The notes beneath the pieces are model-generated. The model worked only from the letters and a program-made list of their open reading frames with translations, had not been told where the DNA came from and searched no databases. Shown in pieces: positions 50,177-60,397 of a stretch of 64,000 nt of DNA (its first letter is position 1; each line of letters starts with the position of its first letter). The stretch comes from Gammaproteobacteria bacterium (GTDB taxonomy: Bacteria; Pseudomonadota; Gammaproteobacteria; Steroidobacterales; Rariloculaceae). The translations under genes and the position numbers were made by a program. The DNA lies in assembly GCA_036381515.1 (NCBI GenBank), contig DASVCR010000054.1, forward strand, positions 6,811 to 70,810. Reading direction: 5' to 3'.

Positions 50177-51697
50177 ATGACGAAGCAAGCGGCCCCCGAC
50201 GCGCCGACCGGCGCGCGACGCGGCAGCGACGTGCTCGAGCGGTTGCGCGAGCGGCCGCCGGCGCTTTGGTATCGCGGCGAGAGGGTGCTCGACGTCACCG
50301 TGCACCCGGCCTTCGCACGCGGTGTGTCGACGCTCGCCGAGCTCTACGATCTGCAGTGGCAGCACGCGGACGTCTGCCTTTTCGACTCGCCGACGTCGGG
50401 GCGTAAGGTCGGCCGGTCCTTCCAGATGCCGCGGACTCACGAAGAGCTCCGCACGATCAGCCGCGCGATGAAGACATGGGCCGATCATACGTACGGGATG
50501 ATGGGCCGCTCGCCGGATTACCTGAATCGTGCGATCACGGCCTACGCCGCCGGCGCGTCGTTTCTGGCCGAGGCCGATCCTCGCTTCGGCGCTAACGCTC
50601 TGCGTTACCACGCGCACGTGCGCGAGCGGGATCTTTCGCTCACGCACACGCTGATCCCGCCGCAGGCGAATCGGGCCGTCGGGCCCGCGGGACAGGCGGA
50701 TCCGTTCCTCGCCGCGCGCGTGAAGGAGGAGACGGATGCGGGTCTCGTGATCCGCGGCTGCCGCATGCTCGCGACGTTGCCGATCGCGGACGAGATCATG
50801 GTGTTCCCGTCGACGCTGCTCCAGGGCGGCGACGAGGACGCGCCGTACGCGTTCGGCTTCTTGATCCCGAGCGATACGCCGGGGCTCAAGTTCATCTGCC
50901 GCGAGAGCGTCGACTACGGGCGCTCTCATTTCGACCATCCGCTCGGCTCGCGTTTCGAGGAGATGGACGCCGTCGTGATCTTCGACGACGTGCGCGTCCC
51001 GTGGGAGAACGTGCTGCTCTATCGCGATGTCGAGCGCTGCAACCGTGCGTTCGGGCGCACGGGCGCGGTCGTGCACATGGCGCACCAAGTCGCGGTCAAG
51101 AACGTCGCGAAGTGCGAGTTCGTGCTCGGGCTCGCGTATTTGCTCGTCGATACGATCGGCGTCGAGCGCTTCCAGCATATACACGAGAAGCTCGCCGAAA
51201 TCTGGGTGAACCTCGAGACGATGAAGGCGCTTCTGCGCACCGCCGAGGCGGACGCGTCGCTCGACGAGTGGGGAGTGATGCGGCCGGCGTGGAATCCGCT
51301 CGACGCCGCGCGCAATCTGTTTCCGCGCCTTTATCCGCGCATGATCGAGATCATTCAGCAGATCGGCGCGAGCGGACTCGTCGCGATGCCGACCGAGCAG
51401 GACCTTAAGGGCCCGCTGGCCGACGATATCCGCCACTACTATCAGGCCGCACGGGCGGACGCCTTCGATCGCATTCCGCTCTTTCGCCTCGCGTGGGACG
51501 TCTCGATGTCCGCGTTCGGCTCACGTCAGGTGCTTTATGAGCGGTTCTTCTTCGGCGATCCGGTGCGCATGGCGGGCGCGCTCGTCGTGAATCACGATGC
51601 GGAGCTCCGCGCCCTCGCGGAGCGCGTGCGCGAGCTCGTCCGCCGCGGGCGCGACGAAGCGTTCGCGGACGTTTCTCGGTCACCGGAGGAAGGCTGA
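50177..51697 (+). CDS. hpaB: 4-hydroxyphenylacetate 3-monooxygenase, oxygenase component
   Basis: GMMGRSPDYLN, THTLIPPQANR, LATLP, GLKFICRES, SRFEEMDAVVIFDDVRVPWE, RQVLYERFFFGDP. Confidence 0.9.
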   Translation: MTKQAAPDAPTGARRGSDVLERLRERPPALWYRGERVLDVTVHPAFARGVSTLAELYDLQWQHADVCLFDSPTSGRKVGRSFQMPRTHEELRTISRAMKTWADHTYGMMGRSPDYLNRAITAYAAGASFLAEADPRFGANALRYHAHVRERDLSLTHTLIPPQANRAVGPAGQADPFLAARVKEETDAGLVIRGCRMLATLPIADEIMVFPSTLLQGGDEDAPYAFGFLIPSDTPGLKFICRESVDYGRSHFDHPLGSRFEEMDAVVIFDDVRVPWENVLLYRDVERCNRAFGRTGAVVHMAHQVAVKNVAKCEFVLGLAYLLVDTIGVERFQHIHEKLAEIWVNLETMKALLRTAEADASLDEWGVMRPAWNPLDAARNLFPRLYPRMIEIIQQIGASGLVAMPTEQDLKGPLADDIRHYYQAARADAFDRIPLFRLAWDVSMSAFGSRQVLYERFFFGDPVRMAGALVVNHDAELRALAERVRELVRRGRDEAFADVSRSPEEG

Positions 51698-52030
51698 TGG
51701 ATCGTCCCGAGTGCGGCCGCGACGGGAAGCGCACAACGAGCTCGCACGTCAGCACGTAGACGAGCTCGTCCTCTTTTGGGCTGGACCGGGCCCCGGAGGA
51801 ACCGTCTCCAGGTTCACGCCGAACCGCGTGAGTCCCGCCGACGTGCCGAGCTGGGGCTCGGCGGGTCTTGCATGGTGCGTCGTTCGTCGCGCGTCGCGGC
51901 GGCGTCGATGCGATGGAAGTTTCATTCTCCGCGACCGCCCGGACCGGGTCCACGAGATTCATGGAGACCCTGTGACCACGGCAGTCGGCCGCGGGCCTCC
52001 GCGACGGCTGGCTCGACATCTTCGGCTCGA

Positions 52031-52089
52031 CGCTTCCGCGGAGGTGTTTCTGAAACGATTCTCGTTTCGGAAACGCTTCCGCGGAAGCG
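52031..52089. repeat. 28-bp-arm inverted repeat
   Basis: CGCTTCCGCGGAGGTGTTTCTGAAACGA-TTC-TCGTTTCGGAAACGCTTCCGCGGAAGCG; 3 mismatches, all G:U-compatible. Confidence 0.85.
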
Positions 52090-52101
52090 CTCTTCGCCAG
52101 G

Positions 52102-52287
52102 ATGTCGGTGAAGCCTCGCTCCTACATCTTCATGCCGCGGCCGAATCCCGTGCAGGAAGCGATCCTGCAATCGTGGGGCGTGATGCCGATCGTCGGCGAA
52201 GGGCGCGACGAGGAAGAGGCGCTGCTCGTGTTTCTGACCCGTCTTGCCGAGGCAGCCGGCGTCCGCCGCCGCGTGTGCCGTCTTTGA
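52102..52287 (+). pseudogene. Possible C-terminal remnant of a SIR2-like protein
   Basis: KPRSYIFMPRPNPVQEAILQSWGV...EALLVFLTRL resembles, from memory, C-termini of SIR2_2 proteins; scattered upstream echoes (LVLF.AG, VPSWG, IHGD). Confidence 0.4.
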
Positions 52288-52344
52288 GGGGCGCGTTCGG
52301 GTCCGCTCGGCTCACGCTCGACGCCGGCAAGACCGATGGGAGAT

Positions 52345-52530
52345 CGGTCGTCCGCTTCGGGGTGCTGGCTGCGCAGGCGCTGCACCAGCGCCGTGAGCTC
52401 GGCCTCCGCCGCCTCCACGGACTCTCCGGGAGCGAGGCGTGCATAGGCATCGAACGCGTTGCCCGTGTAAGCGGCGGGCTCGAGCTCCTGCCGGGAAAGG
52501 GGGAGCCAGGCTTCCGCATCGTGTCCCGCG
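52345..52530 (-). pseudogene. MacB-like periplasmic fragment of an ABC permease
   Basis: DAEAWLPL...YARLAPGESVEAAEAELTALVQRLRSQHPE. Confidence 0.6.
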
Positions 52531-52569
52531 GCCGGACAACCGGTCCCGACCTCGGGAACGAGGCAGGTG

Positions 52570-53511
52570 TCAGTCGGCGACGTGCTTCGCCTCGGCCGTC
52601 GCGAGCACCTCCGTGTGCTCGACCCGCCCCGGCCGCTCGAGCAGCGGGTGCGCGAAGACCGCGCCGAGAATGATCGCGACGCCGACGTAGAAGACGGCGG
52701 TCAGCTCCCGCTGCTCGCCGAGCAGCGGGATCGCGAGGAGGATCGCGTAGACCGGCTCGAGGTTCACGGCGAGCTGCGCGCCGAACGCGGAGATGTGCCG
52801 CAGCGCGACGAGGGACAACGCGAACGGCAGCAGCGTGCACGCGAGCGCGAGGGTCACGAGCAGCGCCGCGTCGCGCGCGCCCGGCAGCACGAACGGGTCG
52901 CTCGCGAGCTGCGGGAAGATCCGGCCGAGCAGCGGCGACAGCACGCCGAGCGCGACCGCGCCGGCGCCGAGCTCGAGCGCGGTCACGGCGAGCGGGTCCG
53001 CGTGCGCGACGAGCCGCTTGTTCAGCGAGCCGAACACCGCGACGAGGAGCGCGGATAGCGTGCCGACGGCGATGCCGACGCGCATGCCCTCCTGCACGCC
53101 GCCGACGACGAGCGCGACGCCGGGGACGATCAGGATACCGAGCGCGAGGTCGCGCAACGAGAACCGCGCGCCGGCGACGCGCGGCTCGACGATCGCGACG
53201 AACGCCGTCGCGAGCGCCATGCACGTCGCCGCCACCGATGCGTTCGCGAGCTTGACCGCGCCATAGAACGTGAGCCAGTGCAGCGCCACGAGCACGCCGA
53301 TGCCGGCGTACGCGGCGGCGAGCCGCACCGAAAGCGTCGAGAGCGCGCGCCAGACGCGCGGCACGAGCGCGAGGGCGGCGACGACGATCGTCATGCGCCA
53401 CAGCACGAGCGGCAGCGCCGCGAGGCTGATCAGCTTGCCGAGGATCGCCGTGAAGCCCCAGAGCACGACGCAGACGTGGATCTGCACCCTGGCTTTCGCG
53501 AGCGGCGTCAT
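52570..53511 (-). CDS. EamA/DMT family transporter
   Basis: VLWGFTAILGKLI, LHWLTFYGAVK, VNLEPVYAILLA. Confidence 0.9.
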   Translation of the reverse strand: MTPLAKARVQIHVCVVLWGFTAILGKLISLAALPLVLWRMTIVVAALALVPRVWRALSTLSVRLAAAYAGIGVLVALHWLTFYGAVKLANASVAATCMALATAFVAIVEPRVAGARFSLRDLALGILIVPGVALVVGGVQEGMRVGIAVGTLSALLVAVFGSLNKRLVAHADPLAVTALELGAGAVALGVLSPLLGRIFPQLASDPFVLPGARDAALLVTLALACTLLPFALSLVALRHISAFGAQLAVNLEPVYAILLAIPLLGEQRELTAVFYVGVAIILGAVFAHPLLERPGRVEHTEVLATAEAKHVAD

Positions 53512-53673
53512 GCTCTCGATTGACTTCTGCTCTTTGATCCTGCGGGCCGGGAGCCGCGCTCGAAGCGCTCTTCCCCGTTCGTGCCGACGGCTCCAAGTCG
53601 CCGATGCGGCTTCGTCGAGGATGTGAGCTCGGTCGAGCAGCCGTTCGGTGCCGTTCGCGAGTCGGACGGGCGC

Positions 53674-54498
<825 letters not shown>

Positions 54499-54733
54499 GG
54501 CTCACCTCGCTCTCCGTCCTGGAGGCGTGACTTTAGCGCATCGCGCCGAAAAGTGGGGCGCTCGATGTAATGCGCCGAATGCGGCTTCCGCATGGACATC
54601 GGTGTCGAGTGCGCGCCGCAGACTCGTAGTCGCCACCATCTTGCGCCACTTCCGGAACGGTCTTATTGTCGGGTTTCCTTCGAAAGCACCCTTCGACTCA
54701 CGATCCGGCTTTCGCGAGACGCCTTCGGTCGGG

Positions 54734-54761
54734 AAGCCGGGGGGGTCGGCTTTTTGCTTTT
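54734..54761 (+). terminator. Terminator-like hairpin in the leader of the GlcG-like gene
   Basis: AAGCCG-GGGGGGT-CGGCTT followed by TTTGCTTTT. Confidence 0.5.
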
Positions 54762-54844
54762 CAACTCTGCTTTCTCAACTCTGCTCTTCTTCATTGCCTT
54801 TCGTCACTGCCTTTCATCATCAAAATTTGTGGGAGGGACTAGTG

Positions 54845-55621
54845 ATGTCGGCAACAATAAACAAATCACTGCTCGCGGCCGCGGTTTGCTCGCTCTGCGG
54901 GACGCCCGCCTTCGCACAAAACGGGGCGGATTGCTCGACCTTGCCCGACCACGGGACGCTGAAGTCCGCGCTCGATGCCGCGGTAGCGGCCGAGTCGAGC
55001 GGCCTCGACCTCGATATGTGGGCGACGCTCGTGAACCGGGACGGCGTCGTGTGCGCGGTCGCGTTCTCCGGCTCGAACAGGGGCGCGCAGTGGCCCGGCA
55101 GCCGCGTGATCTCGGCTCAGAAGGCGAATACGGCCAACGCGTTCAGCCTGAACGGCCTCGCGTTGTCGACGGCGAACCTCTACTCCGCCGTGCAGCCCGG
55201 CGGGAGCCTGTACGGGCTGCAGCACAGCAACCCGGTCGACACCGCTGCGGCTTACCAGGGTCCGCCGACCGACTTCGGCCAGCCCAACGATCCGCTCGTC
55301 GGTCACGCGGTCGGCGGCGTGAACGTCTTCGGCGGCGGCCTCGGGCTCTACGACGGTTCGGGGATCGTCGGCGGTGTCGGCCTGAGCGGTGACACGTCGT
55401 GCGCCGACCACATGATCGCGTGGCGCGTGCGTGCCAATCTGGGCCTCGACGTGTTCGGCGGAGTCGTGCAGGGCGTCAGCGGCGATCCGGAGCGGCCGGA
55501 CAACATCGTCTATGACGTCGAGCCGAACCCCGACGGCGGGACCGGTGTCAGCGTCAGCGGCTTCGGGCATCCCGAATGTCTGAACACGGGAGATGAAACG
55601 ACTCTGCCGGCCGTGCAATAG
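54845..55621 (+). CDS. Secreted GlcG/HbpS (DUF336) heme-binding family protein
   Basis: Signal peptide; VNRDGVV, SAQKANTANAF, FGGGLGL, VGGVGLSG...DH; GGAGG RBS. Confidence 0.8.
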   Translation: MSATINKSLLAAAVCSLCGTPAFAQNGADCSTLPDHGTLKSALDAAVAAESSGLDLDMWATLVNRDGVVCAVAFSGSNRGAQWPGSRVISAQKANTANAFSLNGLALSTANLYSAVQPGGSLYGLQHSNPVDTAAAYQGPPTDFGQPNDPLVGHAVGGVNVFGGGLGLYDGSGIVGGVGLSGDTSCADHMIAWRVRANLGLDVFGGVVQGVSGDPERPDNIVYDVEPNPDGGTGVSVSGFGHPECLNTGDETTLPAVQ

Positions 55622-55637
55622 GCACAATCGGGGCGGA

Positions 55638-58319
55638 TCAGGTCCGTTCCTGCTCGGAGAGCGCCTGCTTCAGCCGCTCCTCGAGCCGCTTCGACCGCTC
55701 GTCGTCGAGCAGTCGGCCGTCCTCGCCGGTGACGAAGAACACGTCCTCGGCGCGCTCGCCGATCGTCGCGATCTTCGCGTTCTGCAGCGCGACGTCCTCC
55801 TGCTCGAAGACGCGCGCGACCTGCAGCAGCAGACCGGGCCGGTCGCCGGCGACGAGCTCGACCACGGTGCGCTCGTTGATCGGGTCCTGAGTGATCGCGA
55901 CCTGCACGGGCGTCGAGAACATCCGCACCTGACGCGGCGCGCGGCGGCTCACCTTGAGCGGCGGGGTATCGGGGCTCGACAGGATCTTGAGGAGCCGGTG
56001 GCGGATCTCCGCGAGCCGCCGCTGACCCGCGATCGGGCTGCCGTCGCTCTCGAGCACGCGGTAGGTATCCAGGTTCTGCGCCTCGGTCATCGGCACGATC
56101 CGCGCGTCGACGATCGTGAGCCCGAGCTCGTCGAGCACGGCCGTCGACCGCATGAACGAGTGGAGCTCCTTCGGCGCATACACCATGACCGCGGTCGGCC
56201 CCTCCGTGTCGACCCGCTCCACGTCGACGAGGATCGATGTCGGCGTGGCGGCCTCGGTCAGCACGCGCGTGTGCCACGCGATCTCCTCCGGCCGGTGCCG
56301 CAGGAAGTACTCCTCCGTGAAGCTCGCCCAGATGTGCTGCCAGCGCGCGGGCTCGAGCCCCTGCTCGTGCAGCAGATGCTCGGCGCGCGCCTGCGTCTCG
56401 AGGATCAGCTCCTCCTTGTCGATCGGGTTCGAGAACCCGCGGCGCAGCGCGCGCTTCGTGAGCTGGTAGAGCTCCCAGAACAGCGTGTCCTTCCACGAGT
56501 TCCAGATCTTCGGGTTCGTGCCGCGCACGTCGGCGACTGTCAGCACGTACAGATAATCGAGATGCGTCTCGTCGCCGACCGCGCGCGCGAACTCGTCGAT
56601 CACGCGGAGATCGTGCAGGTCCTTCTTCTGCGCGGTCAGCGACAGGAGCAGGTGATTGCGGACGAGCCACGCGACGAGCCGCGCGTCGTAGCGGCTCATG
56701 CCGTGCTCGAGGCAGAAGGCCTCGGCGTCGACCGCGCCGAGCTCCGAATGATCGCCGCCGCGGCCCTTCGCGATGTCGTGGAAGAGACCGGCGAGGTATG
56801 CGATCTCGGGTTTCTCGAGCTGCTGCATCACGGCGCTGCAGTTCGGGAACTCGTGATTAAAGCGCTCGAGCGCGAACCGCCGCAGGTTCTCCACGACGAA
56901 CAGCGTGTGCGCGTCGACCGTGTACGCGTGGAAGAGGTCGTACTGCATGCGGCCGACGACGCGGCCGAACGCCGGAATGTAGAGGCCGAGGACGCCGTAC
57001 GTGTTCATCCGCTTCAGCGTACGGGTCACGCCCTGCGGCGCGCGCAGGATGTCGAGGAACAGCCGATGGTGCCGCGGGTTCTGCCGGAATTCCTCGTCGA
57101 TCAGCCACAGGTGCTGCTTGATCAGCGCGATCGTCCGCGCGCTGATGCCGCGGAGCTCGAGGTTCCGCTCGAGCAGCAGGAAGATCTCGAGCAGCGCCGA
57201 CGGGTCGCGCGCGAACACGTTCTCGTCGACGACCTCGATGTAGCCGTGCCGCTCCTGGAAGCGCGCGTTGATCGGCACCGCGGGCGCGTCCTTGTCGAGG
57301 AGGATCGCCTCCTCGAAGAGCTGCAGCAGCATCTCGTTGAGGCGCGAGATCTCCATCACGGTGCGGTAGTAGCGCTGCATCAGCTGCTCGACGGCGAGCG
57401 TGAAGCTCGCGTCCTCGTAGCCGAGCATCGCGGCGAGCTTGATCTGATAGTCGAACAGCAGCCGGTCCTCGCGGCGGCCGGTCAAGAGGTGCAGCCCCCA
57501 GCGGATGCGCCACAGGAACGCCTGGCCGTTCAGCAGGATCCGGAGCTGGCCTTCCGTCAGGAAATCGTGCTCGACGAGCTGCTCGAGGCGCTCGACGCCG
57601 AGGTGCCGGCGCGCGACCCAGCCGATCGTCTGGATGTCGCGTAAGCCCCCGGGGCTGCCCTTGACGTTCGGCTCGAGGTTGTACGCGGTGTCGTGGAAGT
57701 GATGGTGGCGCGCCTGCTGCTCGGCGACCTTCGCGCGATAGAACGACGCCGAGTCCCACATCCGGTCCGGTCCGATCCGGGCCGGCAGCTCGCGGAACAG
57801 CGCGCCGGGGCCTTCGAGCAGCCGGGTCTCCATCAGCGCGGTCATGATCGACACGTCGCCGCGCGCCTGCGTCTCGCAGTCCTCGAGCGTGCGCACGCTG
57901 TGGCCGACCTCGAGGCCGATGTCCCACAGGAACGTCAGGAACCGGCTGATCGGCTCGTCCGTCTCCCGGTCCGCGGCGGCGTCGATCAGCACGAGCAGAT
58001 CGATGTCGGACGCGGGATGCAGCTCGCCCCGGCCGTAGCCGCCGACGGCGACGAGGTCCGCGACGTCCGCGATGCGGCGCGCGAAGTGGCGCCACGACGC
58101 GACGATCACGTCGTCGATGACGCGCGCGCGCTCCCGCACGAGCGTATCGATCGGCTCGTTCGCGAGGAAGCGCTGCTTGAGCCGCCCGTCGGCCGCCGCG
58201 AGCGTGTCCTTGAACGTCGCGACGGGGTGCGGGCCGCCGAGCGCGGCCGCTAGCGCGTCGCGGTCGACCGGCGGAGCGGCCGAGGCCTGCGCGCCGGTGG
58301 ACTCGAGCGGCGTCGACAC
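55638..58319 (-). CDS. glnD: [Protein-PII] uridylyltransferase / uridylyl-removing enzyme
   Basis: GGYGRGELHPASDIDL, LEPNVKGSPGGLRD, HAYTVDAH, FHDIAKGRGGDHS, two ACT domains (TIGERAEDVF). Confidence 0.97.
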   Translation of the reverse strand: MSTPLESTGAQASAAPPVDRDALAAALGGPHPVATFKDTLAAADGRLKQRFLANEPIDTLVRERARVIDDVIVASWRHFARRIADVADLVAVGGYGRGELHPASDIDLLVLIDAAADRETDEPISRFLTFLWDIGLEVGHSVRTLEDCETQARGDVSIMTALMETRLLEGPGALFRELPARIGPDRMWDSASFYRAKVAEQQARHHHFHDTAYNLEPNVKGSPGGLRDIQTIGWVARRHLGVERLEQLVEHDFLTEGQLRILLNGQAFLWRIRWGLHLLTGRREDRLLFDYQIKLAAMLGYEDASFTLAVEQLMQRYYRTVMEISRLNEMLLQLFEEAILLDKDAPAVPINARFQERHGYIEVVDENVFARDPSALLEIFLLLERNLELRGISARTIALIKQHLWLIDEEFRQNPRHHRLFLDILRAPQGVTRTLKRMNTYGVLGLYIPAFGRVVGRMQYDLFHAYTVDAHTLFVVENLRRFALERFNHEFPNCSAVMQQLEKPEIAYLAGLFHDIAKGRGGDHSELGAVDAEAFCLEHGMSRYDARLVAWLVRNHLLLSLTAQKKDLHDLRVIDEFARAVGDETHLDYLYVLTVADVRGTNPKIWNSWKDTLFWELYQLTKRALRRGFSNPIDKEELILETQARAEHLLHEQGLEPARWQHIWASFTEEYFLRHRPEEIAWHTRVLTEAATPTSILVDVERVDTEGPTAVMVYAPKELHSFMRSTAVLDELGLTIVDARIVPMTEAQNLDTYRVLESDGSPIAGQRRLAEIRHRLLKILSSPDTPPLKVSRRAPRQVRMFSTPVQVAITQDPINERTVVELVAGDRPGLLLQVARVFEQEDVALQNAKIATIGERAEDVFFVTGEDGRLLDDERSKRLEERLKQALSEQERT

Positions 58320-58320
58320 G

Positions 58321-59091
58321 TCAGCCCCGACGGTCCTGCGCGCCGAGGGTCAGCACCTCGTAGCCGTCCTCGGTCACGAGGACCGTGTGCTCCCATTGCG
58401 CGGATAGAGAGTGATCCTTCGTCACGACCGTCCAGCCGTCCGCGAGCAGCTTCACGTCGCGGCGGCCGGCGTTGATCATCGGCTCGACGGTGAACGTCAT
58501 GCCGGGCACGAGCTCGACCCCGGTGCCGGGCTTGCCGTAATGCAGGATCTGCGGATCCTCGTGGAACTGCCGGCCGATGCCGTGCCCGCAGTATTCGCGG
58601 ACGACCGAGAACCGGTTCTGCTCGACGAAGCTCTGGATCGCATGCCCGATGTCGCCGATCCGGGCGCCGGGGCGGACAACGTTGATCCCGCGCCACATCG
58701 CGTCGTGGCAGATCCGGGTCAGCCGCTCGCCGATCACGGTCGGCTCGCCGACGAAGAACATCCGGCTCGTGTCGCCGTGAAAGCCGTCCTTGATCACGGT
58801 CACGTCGATGTTCAGGATGTCGCCGTTCTTCAACCGCTTGTCGCTCGGGATCCCGTGGCAGACGACGTGGTTGACCGACGTGCAGATCGACTTCGGGAAG
58901 CCCCGGTAGTTGAGCGGCGCCGGCACCGCGCCGAGCTCGTCGACGATGTACTCGTGGCAGATGCGGTTCAGCTCGTCGGTCGAGACGCCCGGGCGGACAT
59001 GCTCGCCGATCATATCGAGCACGTCGGCCGCGAGGCGGCCGGCGACACGCATCTTGTCCTGTTCCTCAGGCGTCTTGACGGTGATGGTCAT
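58321..59091 (-). CDS. map: Methionine aminopeptidase type I
   Basis: FPKSICTSVNHVVCHGIP, DVTVIKDGFHGDTS, GHGIG, EPMIN, SAQWEHT. Confidence 0.98.
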   Translation of the reverse strand: MTITVKTPEEQDKMRVAGRLAADVLDMIGEHVRPGVSTDELNRICHEYIVDELGAVPAPLNYRGFPKSICTSVNHVVCHGIPSDKRLKNGDILNIDVTVIKDGFHGDTSRMFFVGEPTVIGERLTRICHDAMWRGINVVRPGARIGDIGHAIQSFVEQNRFSVVREYCGHGIGRQFHEDPQILHYGKPGTGVELVPGMTFTVEPMINAGRRDVKLLADGWTVVTKDHSLSAQWEHTVLVTEDGYEVLTLGAQDRRG

Positions 59092-59146
59092 GGGGTAGGG
59101 GCGAGGCGGCCTGGGCGGAGCCGCGTTTGTTGCGCCGAGCGTGCTA

Positions 59147-59164
59147 TGGTATAAAGCGCGCGCC
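59147..59164 (+). promoter_or_regulatory. rpsB promoter: extended -10 with GC-rich discriminator
   Basis: TG-G-TATAAA-GCGCGCGCC, resembling the gammaproteobacterial rpsB promoter. Confidence 0.75.
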
Positions 59165-59169
59165 TTTCA

Positions 59170-59265
59170 GGCAATCAACGACACACACGCGCCGCTCACC
59201 CGTCAGCCGGGTGCCTGGCCCGTAAGGGCACGAGGTCGCTGCGGGGGCACGTGGAGGATCAACCC
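59170..59265 (+). ncRNA. rpsB 5' leader (t44 RNA / S2 autoregulatory element)
   Basis: ACACACACG...CCGGGTGCC...GGTCG...GGG.CACGTGGAGG.TCAACCC matches the conserved blocks of the t44 leader; located between map and rpsB. Confidence 0.85.
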
Positions 59266-59282
59266 GAGACCAGGAGCTTCCG

Positions 59283-60221
59283 ATGGCCGACGTCACGATG
59301 CGTCGAATGCTGGAAGCGGGCGTCCATTTCGGACACCAGACCCGCTTCTGGAACCCGAAGATGGCCCCGTACATCTTCGGCGAGCGTAACAAGATTCACA
59401 TCATCAATCTCGAGAAATCGCTGCCGATGTACCTCGAGGCGGCGGAGTTCGTCCGCAAGCTCGTCGCGGACGGCGGCGTCGTGCTGTTCGTCGGCTCGAA
59501 GCGCGCGGCCCGCCAGGCGATCACCGAGGAGGCGACCCGCTGCGGCATGCCGTACGTCAGCCAGCGCTGGCTCGGCGGCATGCTGACGAACTTCAAGACG
59601 ATCCGCCAGTCGATCAAGCGGCTGAAGGAGCTCGAGGAGATCACCCAGAGCGGCGGCACCGAGTTCACGAAAAAGGAGATGCTGACCCTCGTGCGCGAGC
59701 GCGACAAGCTGCAGCGCGCGCTCGGCGGCATCAAGGAGATGGACTCGCTGCCGGACGCGGTCTTCATCATCGACGTCGGCCACGAGGAGATCGCCGTCAA
59801 GGAGGCGAAGAAGCTCGGCATCCCGGTCGTCGCGATCGTCGATACGAACTGCTCGCCGGAAGGCATCGATTACCCGATCCCCGGCAACGACGACGCGATG
59901 CGCGCGATCCACCTGTACGCCGCCGGCATCGCGGACGCGGTGCTCGCGGGCAAGGCGTCGATGCCCGAGGTGCCGGCCGGCGAGGACGAGTTCGTCGAGC
60001 TCGACGAGGAGGGCCGGCCGAAGGTCGGCGCGGGCCGGAAGAAGTCCGCGTCGAAGAAGCGGCCCGGGCGCGCCGCGAAGCCGCGTCCGAAGGCGGACGC
60101 GAAGCCGGCGGCCAACGCGGGGTCGGCTCCGGCGCCGGCGGAAGCGGCGGCTCCGGCCGACGGCGCGGCCCCGGCGGACGACGCGCCGCCCGCGGCGACC
60201 GAGGCCGAGACCGGGCAGTAA
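59283..60221 (+). CDS. rpsB: 30S ribosomal protein S2, with low-complexity C-terminal tail
   Basis: [35 protein letters not shown]. Confidence 0.98.
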   Translation: MADVTMRRMLEAGVHFGHQTRFWNPKMAPYIFGERNKIHIINLEKSLPMYLEAAEFVRKLVADGGVVLFVGSKRAARQAITEEATRCGMPYVSQRWLGGMLTNFKTIRQSIKRLKELEEITQSGGTEFTKKEMLTLVRERDKLQRALGGIKEMDSLPDAVFIIDVGHEEIAVKEAKKLGIPVVAIVDTNCSPEGIDYPIPGNDDAMRAIHLYAAGIADAVLAGKASMPEVPAGEDEFVELDEEGRPKVGAGRKKSASKKRPGRAAKPRPKADAKPAANAGSAPAPAEAAAPADGAAPADDAPPAATEAETGQ

Positions 60222-60397
60222 CGGCCGTCGGCGGAGAGGTCGTCCGATACCTTCTCCGCGGCGCCGAGTCACCCGTCGTTCGCCCCGCCTTTACGGCGGT
60301 GCGGGCGTCGGCCACCCTGGAAGCACGGCCCGCGCGGCGGGCCGATGACCGACACCTCCGGCCCGTGCGGCGGGCCGGCTACCGAACGAGGACCGGC

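Noticed and set aside
54660..54760. Known riboswitch (e.g. c-di-GMP-I)
   Set aside because: Conserved aptamer motifs could not be matched by eye; kept only as an unassigned structured leader.
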